Assembly (NCBI GenBank): GCA_964016885.1
Contig: OZ024743.1
Coordinates: 249,488,001-249,552,000, forward strand
Direction: 5' to 3'
DNA: 64,000 nucleotides
From: Eledone cirrhosa
Lineage: Eukaryota
In this document: positions 26,780 through 40,525 of the stretch, one piece after another
Position numbering within the stretch: the stretch's first letter is position 1
Layout of the letters: every line of letters starts with the position of its first letter
The notes under the pieces: model-generated
Databases searched by the model: none
Told to the model about the DNA's origin: nothing
What the model saw: the letters and a program-made list of their open reading frames with translations, nothing else
Translations under genes and position numbers: made by a program

Positions 26780-28000
26780 GGGGGTAGTGGGACGGGGTTG
26801 TATTTTGTTAGAGGTGCCTACTGACTGTAGTAGGTTTCACTTTGTACTTAGGTAAGGCGGGTCTTCTGTTACTGTGTAGCGCCAAAGATCTCTGTCGAGT
26901 GACATTGTCTTGGAGAGGTGTGTGTGAGGTCGAAATTTATCAAGTCGTCCCAGGTTTTTCTGGGTCTGCCTACTCCGTGGCTACCGTCTATTTTTATTGC
27001 CCTGCACTTTTTTATACAGCTGTCGTCTTTCATGCGCATCATGTGACCATACCAACGTAGTCTTCTCTCGAGTAAACATCTGATCCCTCTTATTTCTAAT
27101 TTTTCCCTTAGTTCGTTTATGCTTTGCCGTTCACGTATATTACTATTACACATCCAGCGGAGCATGCAAGCTTCGTTCCTCTTCAGTCTGCGTATATCCT
27201 CTGCACACAATGCCCAGGTCTCACTGCCATGTAAAATTGTTGTTCGTATGCAGGCATCATACAGCCTGCCTTTCATTTTTAGGGAGAACCCTTTAGCGGC
27301 TAATAGTAGTATAAGCTCTCTGAACTTTTTCCATCCAGTTCTGACTCTAGCTACTGTACTTTCAGAGCACCCTCCCCCACTGCTTATTTTGTCACCCAGG
27401 TAATGGAAGCTGTCCACTATTTCTATAGAACCATCTGTGCAATGGAATGAGCTAGTATTCTGTGGGCACTTGCTGCTACTTATTGCACCAGAGCACAGGC
27501 CACATACAAAATCTATGTTCTTAGTTAACTTACCTGTGATCCCACTACATCTTTTATGCACCCATACTTTACATTTGGGACATAAAATGGAGTTTCTGCC
27601 TACTCCTTTCCTACACACTGAGCATGGCCATTTCCCGGATGGGACCGGTGCCCTATTTTCCTTCCTACAAACTAGAACTTTAGTCTTAGACAGGTTAATT
27701 TTAAGGCCTTTTGATTCTAGGCCATGCTTCCATGTTTGGAATTTCTTCTCTAGTTCGGCCATTGATTCAGCTATGAGCATTAGATCATCTGCGTATAGGA
27801 GTTTCCATGGGCAGCCAGTCTTGAACTCCACTGTTATAGCCTGAAGGGCAATAATAAATAGTAGGGGATAAGAACGGAGCCCTGATGAACACCAACTTTT
27901 ACGCTAAACTCTTCACTATATTCGTTGTTAATTCTAAGCTTGCTGACTGTTTCTTTATGCATGGCTTGTATAGCTCTCACAAGCCATTCATCAACACCTA
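26780..28000 (-). mobile_element. RTE-clade LINE, RT to C-terminus
   Basis: GVHQGSVL, LLYADD, Cys-rich insert, FHYLG, RRLRWYGH, GRPRKTW. Confidence 0.92.
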
Positions 28001-28344
28001 AACACACACACACATATTTATATCTTTTAGCAGAGCATTTTAATATTGCCACTCAATGAAAACCCTTTGTTTGTTTGGAATAAATGAATCTTGAAAATTA
28101 GGAGTGCCTGTCAGTGTGTATGTGTTTGTCTAGTTAGCATCAATTTACTACCCTCCCCTACCACCAGAAAATGTATAAATACCACCATATTAGATTGACA
28201 GTCGGCTTTTCTGATGATTTCCTCTGAATGAAACAATTCTAGTCCTGTTGAAGCCATTTCTATATTAAATATATATATATACTCTTTTAGCTGTTCCAGC
28301 CATCCGGCTGAGACCATGATTGGGCACTGCCCTTGTTGCTACAC

Positions 28345-28880
28345 ATTCTATCTCCAGCCTGTGTTGGCTAGCCATTGATGTAAGAGAGAGTTCGTTGGTG
28401 CTGCCCTTAGGTTACCTTCGTACCGTGATGTGGGCTCATCCGGGATCCTGGATAACAGGGTGTCGAGAAGTTTCTTGAAAATATCCACGGCCACACCATG
28501 TAGATCTCTCAAATCCCTCGGCAGTTTGTTGAAGAGTTGAGGGCCTTTGAACCCCAGTCTATTGCGATATCTGCTTCTTGTTCTAGATGTGGAAGACGGG
28601 ACCTTTGTCACCACACAGTGACGTCCTGTTCGGGGGTTGGTCCCGCTCTCAATACCAAAGTTTGGTGCTAGACCCTCCAGGATTTTCCATATGTATATCC
28701 CTGCGTATCTCTCCCGTCTTCGTTCCAATTCTTTTAGCCTCTGCCAGTAGCTCATCTCCTTCATCGTGCAATCCTCTTGGTATAGCTTCGTTGGATTGTC
28801 TCAAGTTCCGTGGTTAGTTTGATACTATGGGGTGACCACAGCTGGGAGCAATAGTCCAGGCGGCTTAGGACAAATGGCCT
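28345..28880 (-). mobile_element. CR1/L2-group LINE 3' end
   Basis: SYWQRLKELERRRERY...GPQLFNKLP...FKKLLD..L..IPDEP. Confidence 0.8.
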
Positions 28881-29099
28881 TCATAGTATCAACATGGTCT
28901 CCCGGTCTCTTATATAGAAAACCTCAAATAAAAAGTCAAGATTTGTTTCGATTTAACAGAGCAGAAAGAATTCGCGTCAGAATATTCCAACCAATCCAGC
29001 CTATATCAGCTGAATAAATATGTATATGGAGATATATATATACACACCCACATGCACATATATATATACACACACACGCACACACTCAAACATGCATAC

Positions 29100-29710
29100 A
29101 TGATGGCTGCCCCCTCGTTATCGAGTATGGCCATTGCACGATATACCATTATTAATAATTATTAATTAATTCTATCGTGCAATGCCTGTGCATGAAGATA
29201 TTTTTTTAAATGAGGAAAGACTGTGCACTGAGCCAATCCCACTCTCTGAGCGACTAGCTATAACCCAAAAAGAAGAAAATATCAACATCATCGGTAACTA
29301 CTGAGCCGCAGGTTTTATATCGGAGTTATCCCAGTTTCCTGAGTTGCCTTCTCCTAGAAGAATGCCCTGACAAAGGCTAGGGGTCCTTCACTCCCAGTGG
29401 TTTAACCGTGCGATCGGGTATCCAGCCCAATTATTTCTATGTCCCCGCGCATGTACATACACATGCACCCATGTATATACACATATACATATACATGTGT
29501 ATATACATATTTACACACTTTTGGATGGCCGTTGACTTTTATAAGATCTTCCGCCCTTTGTCAGGTTTTGTTTTTTGTCCTGCAGGGTGTCCAAAATAAC
29601 CCTCCTCACCAAGTAAACTTGGTGGGGTTGCCGGTTTAGTCGCCGACGACCCGACCATGCGACAGGTTGTACTGGGTTACATGTTACCAATAGCAGTCAA
29701 GCGTGACCCG
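29100..29710 (-). repeat. Dispersed non-coding repeat; second copy at about 38952-39468 (plus)
   Basis: Shared GGTAACATGTAA.CCAGTACAACCTGTC...GGCGACTAAACCGG.AACCCCACCAAG and GAGAGTGGGATTGG blocks. Confidence 0.7.
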
Positions 29711-29889
29711 ACATATATCCATACATACATACTACATAATGCTGCAAACTCGTGTTCAAGTATTGCCATCGCCTGATAAAATGTTCAAAAATGTGAAGCA
29801 CAAATGTGACTCTTTAAACCAGCCAAACTTTAGGCTCCCCCGAAACCTTCCATTGCTTTGTTCTGGCTGTATGTTCACATGTATCTTTT

Positions 29890-32158
29890 AAGACCTCCCA
29901 TGCTTGTACATTTCTTACACCTTTTCAGATCATAATCTACATGAGGTCTACTGATATGACTTTGTTCATGTCTAATCAAACCAGCTTTGCTCAGGCTGAC
30001 TCGACCACAGTGCTGGCAAACCAGATGATGTTCAACAGCAGGCAGTTCAGAACAGTCTCAATCCTCACCTTCCTTTTCAGTGTTAGGTGTTCTCTCCGAT
30101 GAGTTTCAAAGTGTTCACCACCTGACTTGATCAAAATTCTCCACTTCACACGCTCGTCAGCCATCTTCTCCCATTCGTCAGATGAAATTCCAGCACAAGC
30201 CAAGGTGCCCCTGATACAGTCCCGGTACCGCCTTTTTGGTTTATGTGGTGGTCACCTTCCTTCAAACAGTTCTCCATAGAGAAGTTGCTTTGGAATACGA
30301 TCATCAGACATCCGGACCACATGACTGCACCACCTCAACCGATACCGAAAGATTATGCTCTCTATAGTCACGCACCATAGAACTTCCAAATCACTGGCGA
30401 ACATTTTCCACCACACCCCAAGTAACTTATGAAGAGATTGTTCGTGAAATCTCTCCAGATCCTTGAGGTGCTTTCTGTATATGACCCACGTTTCACAAAC
30501 AAAGTAAAGAGGAGACGACACAAGTCAGATACACTTTCACCTTGGTTTCGATAGTGATACCTCATCTGGACCATAAACGTTGATGCAGCTGTCCAAAAGC
30601 ATCACTGGCTTTTTTGATTCTTAAGGATATTTTATTATCATGTGTGCATGAAGTGTTCAACGTACTACCAAGGTAAACAAACTTGTCAGCAACTTTTAGC
30701 CTCTTTCCGTACACGTACACACTTGGTGCAGTGTACTCGTTTCCAGGTACTGGCTGATACATCACAACAGTCTTTTCCAAGCTTATTGTAACGCCCAAAG
30801 TGCTGCAAGCTGCAGAAAAAGAGTTCATAATATGCTGCATGTCACTTTGTGAGTGTGTAAAAAGATCGCAGTCGTCTGCATACAAAAACTCTCGGATTAT
30901 AGATGTTAATACTTTTGTGCTTGTACCAAAGCGCCTGGTGTTGAACAACCTTCCTGAAGTGCGATACCTGATGTAAACCCCATGAGAACAATATTTGAAT
31001 GTCATGAGAAACACTATCGTAAAATATAAGGAAAACAGAGTTGGAGCCGGAATGTCCCTCTGCTTCACTCCATTTTCAACTGATATTGGTTCAGAGATGC
31101 TACCACCAATACTGACCAAAGCCTTCATGTCATCATGGAAAAGATGCAGAATCTTCTACCCTACCTTGGATTTTTTTCCCACAACGCAGTTCGATTGACA
31201 GTGTCAAAGGCCTTTGTCAAGTCAACAAAGACCTGGTAAAGGTCCATACATTGTTCATACACTTTTCTTGCAGCTGCCGAGCAGAAACGATCATATCCAC
31301 TGTTCCTCATTCGTTTCTGAACCCACCCTGCGACTCAGGTAACACATTCAGAGCAACTCTTGGGATCAATCTATCCATCAATATTCGAAACGGCTTTACC
31401 AACTACTGAAAGAAGGGATATGACATGATAATTGCCACATTTGTCCTTTCCTTTATGGAGAATCACCATGAGCGCATCCTTCTTGTTGAACATTCTCATC
31501 TTCCCACACCATTTTCATGAGGTCAGTCAGGTGCTGCGTGAAGTTTTCACCACCACACTTCAAAACCGCTCCACTCAGACCATCCATGCCAGGAGACTTA
31601 CCACAGTTCAGCTTATGCACAACAGAAGTCCTCTCTGCAAGAGAAGATACATTAGCCATCTCATATGCTTCATTGGTTCAATAGGAATGGAACAAATGAA
31701 ATTATCATCAACCTGGTTTAAGAGCTCATCAAAGTGATCTCTCTATCTGTCGAGTGTCTTTTGGGTCACGCAGTAATTGCTTGCCATCTTTCGATCTCAA
31801 AGGGGCCTCTGGAGAGCTGAAAGGGCCATACACCTCTGTGAGTAGAAAGTGCGGCAGTTTCACATTGTTGCCGTCAGATGCCACTTGAACTTCATCTGCT
31901 TTGTTGCTCCACCAGGTATTTTGCATAGCCCTGAGTTTCACCTGCACTTCCTTCTTTACCTGTCTGTAACGCTCATAATTGTCACCAACAGAGCTACCAC
32001 CTTTAAGAACTGCATCAAGTGCCTTTTGTTTTCTGTCTAGCAGAGCCTTGACCTCCTGGTCATTCTCATCAAACCAGTCCTTGTTTTCTTGTGACAAAGC
32101 CAAGGACCTCTGCTGAAGCCTCATAGACCGAGCTCCTGAAGTCCTTCCAGTTGTTCTC
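29890..32158 (-). mobile_element. BovB-type RTE LINE (second RTE family), degraded ORF
   Basis: GKSPGMDG, FVDLTKAFD, NGVKQ..PAPTLF, YRTSGRLFN, LYADD, RIPKQLLYGEL; several frameshifts. Confidence 0.9.
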
Positions 32159-33347
32159 ATACACGCATACATACTTACATATATACATGTATACATCCAT
32201 CCATACATACATGTATACACACATACATACATCCATCCATACGTGTATATATACATACATACAATGGTTAAAGTGTTTGACTGACGACCATAAGTTCTTG
32301 GGTTCATATTTGGGACCGGGTAGTTATTGAATCAACCTGATATCAATGTTTATTATACAGCACACTTCCTCTTTGGTATAATATGACACAGTATATATCT
32401 AACATAGTACCCATCTAACTGTTATAATATGATTTACCTTTCCTCTGTGAAGGCACATGCCTTAGGGGTTACGGTACTGGACTAACCATTATAAAGTCAT
32501 GGGCTCGTTTCTTCGATCCTGCAGCATGTTGCGTCCTTCAGTAAAATACTTTAGTTCTTTAGAAGATTAGTATCGGTGTACATATAAAATTATTACAAAA
32601 GACAATAAATGCCGGTGTGTGTCGTGATAATGTTTTTACTTCACAGAAGTGAAAGGATTAATATAAATGAATCATTACCCGTGGATCACAACTCCTAGGC
32701 TGAAGTGTGTGGAGAAAAGGAGAGATCTTCTCTTGGAGGTGTTAACATCTTGTTAGGTTCTTAGGCTGCTGGTGGCATCCTTCTAGAGTGGCGAAGGAAA
32801 ATGAGAGAGGAGTCATCTCATGATAAGATCGCAGGTGTTGTTACAACTTTGGGATTCAGGAGGCGAGAGGGAGATCGTCCTAACCTGTTCCTTTTATAAG
32901 GACCGACCGGAAGTGACCAACAGGGTTCTATCACCCCCAAAGGGAAGCAACTCCAGCTACTTCCTGTCTAGAGAGTGGTGATGAGATTGTCATTACAAGG
33001 GAGGCAACTCTTGCTACAGTTCGTGTAGCATCTTCTACCAGGACTTACAGATAATATCAGCAATGGAAAAAACCTTGTTTCATTAGTATGACCTGGAAAT
33101 CAGTTCCACTCTATTTATCTTCTTTATTAAAGGCAATCAAATTATTTTTTATTTTATTCTTATTTTTCCATGTTTGTTAAATAAATTCAAAAAAATCGAA
33201 CTAAATTGAAATTTTGTAATAAAATTTCCATAAAAGTTAATGTTTACAATGTAATAAAATGTATTGAAGTCGACGAAATGCGGACCTTCATTTTTGAAAG
33301 ATGGATAATGCTATAAGCAGACCTTACAATATTGTACCACAATTTTC

Positions 33348-33712
33348 GGCACTACAACGCTATTAGCTGTCAGTCCAGTGGAAAACAGGCGGTGACGTCA
33401 CTCGTCAACATCGTTTATTTCCGTATTACTACCACGCGTAAGTGGAGTTTTCACGCGTTTTTTTTTTTTGAGAGAGGGAAGACGAGAGATAGGGCCAAAT
33501 TAGAAAACAAATAGAAAACAAGTCTTGGTTAAAAAGCATATCGATGTAAGTGGAGTTACTTAAATGAAAATATAGGTGGCCCTTAAAAGGGCCAAATTAG
33601 AAAACAAATTTTCATTTAAGTAACTCCACTTACGCGTGGTAGTAATACGGAAATAAACGATGTTTTGCTTTCATCGGCTGCCTTGACTGACAGCTAATAG
33701 CGTTGTAGTGCC
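33348..33712. mobile_element. 365-bp MITE with long imperfect TIRs and an internal histone-type stem-loop
   Basis: 28-bp perfect terminal IR GGCACTACAACGCTATTAGCTGTCAGTC, extending imperfectly to about 100 bp. Confidence 0.85.
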
Positions 33713-33799
33713 AAAATATTTATACCCTATGTTGTCCACATACACATTAACATTCACCTTAAGAGATAATCACTACATATGATATTAGATTAATTTAAA

Positions 33800-33990
33800 G
33801 GCGGTGGATTGACAGTATCGGTAGAGGGTCGGACGCCATGCTTTGACGCATAGAGTTACGGCCCTTGCCATTCTGAGTTCAAATCCCGCCGAGGTTAACT
33901 TTGCCTTTCATCCTTACGGGGTCGATAAAATAAAGTACCAGTAATACACTGGGTAATTGCTGGCCTTGTGCCAAAAGTAGAAATAATTAA
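33800..33990 (+). mobile_element. Family-A SINE, full length; further copies at about 41320-42390 (cluster of 5), 43000-43160 and 45125-45310
   Basis: A/B boxes, GCCTTTCATCCTTACGGGGTCGATAAAATAAAGTACC core, TGGCCTTGTGCCAAAAGTAGAAA tail. Confidence 0.85.
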
Positions 33991-36616
33991 TTTAAGATAT
34001 GAAAGATAGCAGATCGACGACGTCGTTAGTAATGTTTCCCTTGCCTTAATATCACCGGTGTCATAAGTTTATCTCAACATAATTTAATACATTCAGAAAC
34101 AATCAAATGTTTGGAACATTTAACCTATTGATATGTATGTAGTCTGTACTGGGGTGAATATTGGTGTGCAGATCTGCATAGACATATAGAGATATATACT
34201 AGTGTATAACACACACACACATAAATGTAAGTATGCATAAATAAAATTCTAATTCTATATCTATATATCATCATCATCGTCGATTACCGTTCATCTTCCA
34301 CGTTAGCATGGGTTAGACGGGTTTGTCCCAATTAGAGGCAAGTTGGGTCGGGTGACCGTGTCTCATTCATATAGGAGAGTTTCTGGTTGGTTTTCTACTG
34401 CTGGATGCCCTTCTTAATGCCAACCACATTTGCAGTGTGTGCTGGGTACTTTTTGTCGTGACACCTACACGATATATATTTATATATATTATATAATATA
34501 ATAGTAGTAAAAATTATTGTGTACAGTGCTCAGGTGCACTATAACACACACATATATATCATCATCATCATTTTACGTCCGCTTTTTCCTGCTTGCAAGG
34601 GTGGGACGGGAACTGATTCTGGCTTGATTTCTACAGCTGGATGCCCTTCCTAACACCAACCTCCTTTACAGTGAGTGCTGGGTGCTTTTTTGCCGTGGCG
34701 CCTAAACGCCCACTTTACAGTGTGGGCTAGGTGCTTTTTTCCGTGGCACCTCCATGACCACTTTGCATGCAGTAGAATGATAGGGACCCCAGTCCCTATC
34801 ATCTCATTTCTACAGCTGAGTAAACTGGAGCAATGTGAAATAAAGTGTCTTGCTCAAGGATACAACACATCACCCAGTCTGAGAATTGAACTTACAACCT
34901 TTCGATTGCAAGGCCAATGCTCTAACCACTAAGCCATGTACCTCCATATATATTTAGAAATAAAAGGAAAGTACAAACAAGGGACAGCCTCCTCTTCAGT
35001 TGTCTGTTGGAGGTCTCAGACATTTCGACACCTTAAAGACAATATGTCTAACTCTAGTGCGTCAATAACTTTTGTAAGTTATTGGGGAAGGAAAAAAGGA
35101 GAGACTTGAAATCGGCTTGGGCTCCCCCAGTTGACGTCCCTTCTCCTTTTCCCCCTGTAGATGTCAAATTTCCCCAGAGCATATGGGATGCCATCCATTG
35201 CGGGTCTGGCATTTGCAGCCTCTGTCTGAGTGACACCCTTGAGATATACAGGGGTGGAATACAAATAATTAATTGTAGGGCCGATTTCTTTGGTGCTTGT
35301 CAACACCTAAGGAACTTTCCTCAAGCTATATAGTTAGCAACCCTGCCACATAGGGTCCCAGATGGGCCACCTCCGCCAACTGCTCCTATCTCTTTTTGTC
35401 TCCATTAATCTCTATACATATCCTAGGGCCACACTAAAATTGCGGTAGGACTCACACCTTGGATTACCTTGGATTTCTTCTTTTCTTCACTCCCTCAAAT
35501 CTATTCTATATCTCTGAACCACTATTTTGTGAGATATTATGTGTTGGCAATCTTAGGACTTTCTGCACACCCCACATACTTGCTCTCCAGGTTTTTTTTT
35601 CTAAGTTTATCTTTTCTCTATCCTTTGTTTTTACTTCTGTATCATTTATTTTACACATGTGATGTATTGTATTTGTTGTTTACTTAATGATCATCTATCT
35701 CCAACCTCATTTTTACTTTACTTTTAGTTCATTCACAAACGTCAATACTGTAGTGATCTACATTCCGAGGGCTCGTGGATACATTCTCCGTACGTTGTTT
35801 GGCTCAGTTCAGCCAATCGCTACCAGCATAGGAAAATGTATCTCGACTTCTGCCCAGAGGGAAAAATTCCCCGCTTCGATTCAAAAATCTCTCTCTTGCA
35901 GCTCGATATATTGGAAATGTAAACATCTCTTCACCCAACATATCATAACTCTTCTTATATAAAGCTATCTATATCTAGCCATAATTATTTATCTACTAAA
36001 TAAATAATATATATACTCACCAAAACTATTTATATATATATACAACTAACCTCTTATAATATAATAAAATATACTTATAACTGCAATCTTCATAATATTA
36101 AAACACACCAGTGGAATAGACCCAATCGTATATATAAATACAATAAATCTTTCACATTTTAAATTAATATCCTCTCACTTTAATACATTTATTTATAATT
36201 CACATGTTATATTGTAAATACTTCCAAAATATATAATTAAATAATTAAATAAATAAAAATAAATATAATTATTTCATTCTCTCTACACCCTTGCAAATAC
36301 CTTCCGGACAATTATATACGTACATTCCTATAAATATTCTGTTAGTAGCTTTAATATTTTTTTCTTAAAATCTTTTCATAAATTTTCTTCTACCCTAGTA
36401 AGAACCCCTATTTCCTTTTTTTATTAAAAAAAAATAATAATCCTAATAATTATTTTAATTTACCTAGCATCTAAACATAACGATCTTCTTCAGTTTTAAC
36501 GTTATCCTCATTGGCATATTCATCTTTGAGGTTTGAAGTTTTTCTTCACTATTCAAATAGAACTCACAACATTAAGTTCTTGTCTGAATATGTCACTATC
36601 TGTAAACCAATTTTTG

Positions 36617-36677
36617 TATTTTATCTGATGAGGGCATACCAAAATTTTGGTACCCTTGAAATATATATAATAAAATA
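36617..36677 (+). ncRNA. Type I hammerhead ribozyme
   Basis: TATTTTAT-CTGATGA-GGGcaTACCAAAATTTTGGTACCCtt-GAAA-TATATA-TA-ATAAAATA; homologue on the minus strand at 55589-55649. Confidence 0.78.
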
Positions 36678-36725
36678 AATATGGTTTTATAAAGATAGCT
36701 TCCATTTATTAATATTATTGATATT

Positions 36726-36770
<45 letters not shown>

Positions 36771-37309
36771 ATACTGAGTAAAATGACACAGTTATATTAG
36801 GTTCAAATATGTATATATAAAAAAGTAAGAATGGAAACAGCACGGAAATATATTTAAAGAATCTTTTTTTTTCTTTAATCTGACAAAGTGTTATTTTTGC
36901 AAAAAGGATAAAACATTTTTTTATAGAAAATAGGGTTATATAAAATATTACCAGTTTCGATGTAATTCATGTTAGCAAATATCAAATTTTAATTTTAAAA
37001 TAAAAAATTAAGGGTTGAAGAAGGTCTCTTCATACTTTGTGTTGTTAGAATGACTGAATCACTTTAGAGAAATAGTTTATATATATATATATATATACAC
37101 TATGTAGATGGTAGTAGTGGCGTTTAACAAGTCAACGTCGTTATAGGAAGGAGATTTCTATATGTGTGTATGTGTATCTCTATTCTGCTAAAACAGTGGT
37201 CAAAGGTTCAGTGGTGGGGATTGACAGAAGATATAAGCTAGAAATGAGTGCTTTGGGTTCAGTTATAACTTGTGGTGTGTTGGTGTGGAGAGATATAGGA
37301 TTTGTTAAA

Positions 37310-37905
37310 GAATACTATGTATTCTCAGCAGTTCCAGTGAGTAACACACACGAGAATACACAATTTTGATAAGGAGCAAACACTCCAAAACAATTGTTGA
37401 TTGTTTTCAATCAGCTACCGCTGGAACAAAAGGGTGAAGTTGTTCATCTAAAAAAACACATATGGTGTTGATGAGGTTGTTTTCTTGCAAACAAACCGAA
37501 TATTAATATTATGATATTATTATAATATTATAATTATTCACTCATGAATACATTTAGGTATCCACCATACTAAGAGCGAAAACAAATTTTTATTTTTTTT
37601 TATTTTTGGCAAAGCCCGCTGTAAAATTGCTCAGTATGAAAATGAGGCTAATCACCCAATGTATACATTTGAGTATACTATGTATTCTCAGCAGTTACAG
37701 TGAGTAGCAGACATGAGAATACACAATTTTGATAAGGAGCAAACACTCCAAAACAGCTGTTGATTGTTTTCTCTCAGCTACCGCTGGAACAAAAGGGTGA
37801 AGTTGTTCATCTAAAAAGCACACATGATGTTTTATGAGGCTGTTTGTTGCAAACAAATATTAATAATATTATGATATTGTTATAATATTATTATTCACTC
37901 ATAAA
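37310..37905. repeat. Two direct repeats of about 240 bp (37310-37550, 37673-37905)
   Basis: ATACTATGTATTCTCAGCAGTT...CAGCTACCGCTGGAACAAAAGGGTGAAG is duplicated. Confidence 0.85.
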
Positions 37906-39466
37906 TACAAAGAAATTCTATTTTAGGAATATATTTTGAGAGGGTAGGTGCATGTGAATATGAGAATGTGTGTGCGTGTGAGTGAATGTGAGGAAATCAA
38001 ACTTTGTCAGGGATTTATTTTTAGGGAAATATGTCATGATTGTTTTTTAATATATATATACAGTATATATATATACACAGTATATATATTTTTTGCTTTT
38101 ATATTGTGGTGTGAGTGTTTTTATTTGTTTTTCACAGATCTTTTTTTGAAAGTATTATTAAAAAATGAGTATAGTATTAGTGATGGTTTTCAATCATGTT
38201 TTTGAAGAGTGGTTATTTTTGGAAAATATGTGTGTATAAATAAATTCTCTTCTATGGTGTGTGTGTGTGTTTGCGTGTGCATGTATATGTATGTATGTAT
38301 TGGTATGGCCACATGATGTGCATGAAAGACGACAGCTGTATAAAAAAGTGCAGGGCGATCAAAATTGATGGTAGTTACGGAGTAGAAAAACCTGGGACGA
38401 TCTGATAAATTCCGAACTTACACACTTGCACCTCTCTAAGACAATGTCACTGGACTGAGATCTTTGGCGCTACGCAGCAATACAGAAGACCGCCTTGCCT
38501 ATGTACAAAGTGAAACCTACAGTCAGTAGGCACCTCTTAACCAAATATACACTCCAATCCACTACCCCTACCCTATCCTCCCACTCCCACCAACACCCCC
38601 TCTCTCTATAAAGTTGGTACCACAACATCCAGTCCAAATAAATGAGATAAATGAGATCGAGATCGAGATCGTGTAGGTGTCACGAGAAAAAAACACACAG
38701 TCCACACTGTAATGTGGCCGTGTAGGTAACACGGTAAAAAGTTCCCAGTTCCACACTGTAAATGTGGTTGGTGTTAGGAAGGGCATCCAACCGTAGAAAA
38801 CCTGCCAGATAGTACTATATGAATGAGACATGGTCACCCGGCCAACCTTGCCTCCAGTGGGACAACTCCCGTCTAACCCATGCTAGAATGGAAAATGGAC
38901 GTTAAACGAAGATGATGATGATGATGATATATATATTATATATATATTATGTCAGGTCGCTCTTGACTGCTACTGGTAACATGTAATCCAGTACAACCTG
39001 TCTCATGGTCGGGTGGTCGGCGACTAAACCGGAAACCCCACCAAGCTTTTGGTGAGGTTCGTGATATTTGGACACCCTGCGGGATGAAATACAAGATCCA
39101 GCGAAGGGTGGAGGAACTCAGCAGAGTCAACGGCCATTCAAATAGTACCTTTTTTTTCACCTGGGAATGAAAGGCCCCCAGTTGTTGTCAACATCTTTCT
39201 AAGAGAGGGAAACTCTGAAAAAAACCGGCAGCTTCGGAAGCATCCGATGATGTTGACAAGTTCTCCTTTTTGGGTGGTGTTTTCGATGCTCAGAGAGTGG
39301 GATTGGTCGAGTGCAAGGCCTTTCCCCACTTAAAAAACCTTCAAAGCACAGGCATTGCTTGTTCAAGATATGTTACAGGTTCGTGTGGCTGGCTGTAGCC
39401 TAAAAGTGCACCAGTATCTGTAATCTGACAAGAAATTGCAATACTCTTAGCAGAGTTTGCAGCCAT

Positions 39467-39533
<67 letters not shown>

Positions 39534-39957
39534 TTAATCTATAGATTCTTATGTATAATCTAATGAGGGCAATTACATATTTTGTTCTGGTTTATATTTG
39601 TTAATGAATAGTTATTCTTTCTTTATTTATTCTCTGGTGTTGTGTGAAAGAGCCTGAGCACTTACAAAAGGGAAAAACTTTGAAGTTGGATAGGATCATT
39701 CCTATCCAACTTGTAGCATGTCCGTTGACCAGATGCTGGAGTGGGGGTGGAACGAATGAGACTGGCAAGCTCTGGGGAGCAAAGACCATTGTAGTAGTGG
39801 TAGAAGTGGTAGAAAGAGGAGACAGCATGTCTATGGGTCAGAGGCTGGACAGTGTTTAAACAATTGACTTTGATATATTATTGGTGTAAATATTAGTGTA
39901 TATCTTGTTGACAATAGAGGAAGGGAAATTAACATCGCTGGTACAAAGAATACAGAA

Positions 39958-40164
39958 TTATTTTTTCATGTTTTCCAAATCTTCAAGTGTTTCAGGTAAA
40001 TTAGAAGTGTTTGGATTAGGCAGTAGCAACAGGAACAATCCAAACATGAATGAAATAATGCCATAGATACTAAAAGGAATCCACTGAGCATAGGCTGAGA
40101 GCTGAAGGATGCCACCATACTTCCAGGACGGGCGAACACAGATGCCATTCCTATCCCATTGTTT
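39958..40164 (-). pseudogene. SLC22-like (organic cation/carnitine transporter, MFS) terminal exon, frameshifted
   Basis: Acceptor ttctttgttttcAG; RNNGIGMASVFARPGSMVA, then in a shifted frame WIPFSIYGIISFMFGLFLLLLP...LPETLEDLE..KK*. Confidence 0.85.
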
Positions 40165-40209
40165 CTGAAAACAAAGAATATTTTACATTATTATGGAAAA
40201 TGTCAATAA

Positions 40210-40525
40210 TTTTCTTTACCATTATTTTTAGACAGTTTTATATATAAAGTAGATATGTTCAACTAAGAAGTTAAACAGTTTTTTAAGATAATGTAGAGAT
40301 GATTGACCTAGTGGTTAAACAGTTTTATATATAGTGATGTTTGATCAAGTGGTTAAACAGTTTTTTATATAATATAGATGTTTGACCAATTAATTAAACA
40401 GTTTTATATATAAACTGGAGGTGTTTGGCCAAGTAGTTAAACAGTTTTATACAAAGTGGATGTGTTTGACCAAGTAGTTAAACAGTTTTATATATAAAGT
40501 GGAGGTGTTTGGTCATGTGGTTAAG
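40210..40525. repeat. About 41-bp minisatellite (about 7 copies) running into a tRNA-SINE head
   Basis: Units of gatgtttgaccaagtagttaaacagttttatatataaagtg; B-box GGTTCAATTCC at about 40555. Confidence 0.8.

Noticed and set aside
32595-33050. Possible solo LTR (GC-richer island with TATA-like TTTTATAAGG and CCGGAAGTG); a similar island lies at about 44680-45110
   Set aside because: Could not define TG...CA ends with a TSD; no second copy in the window
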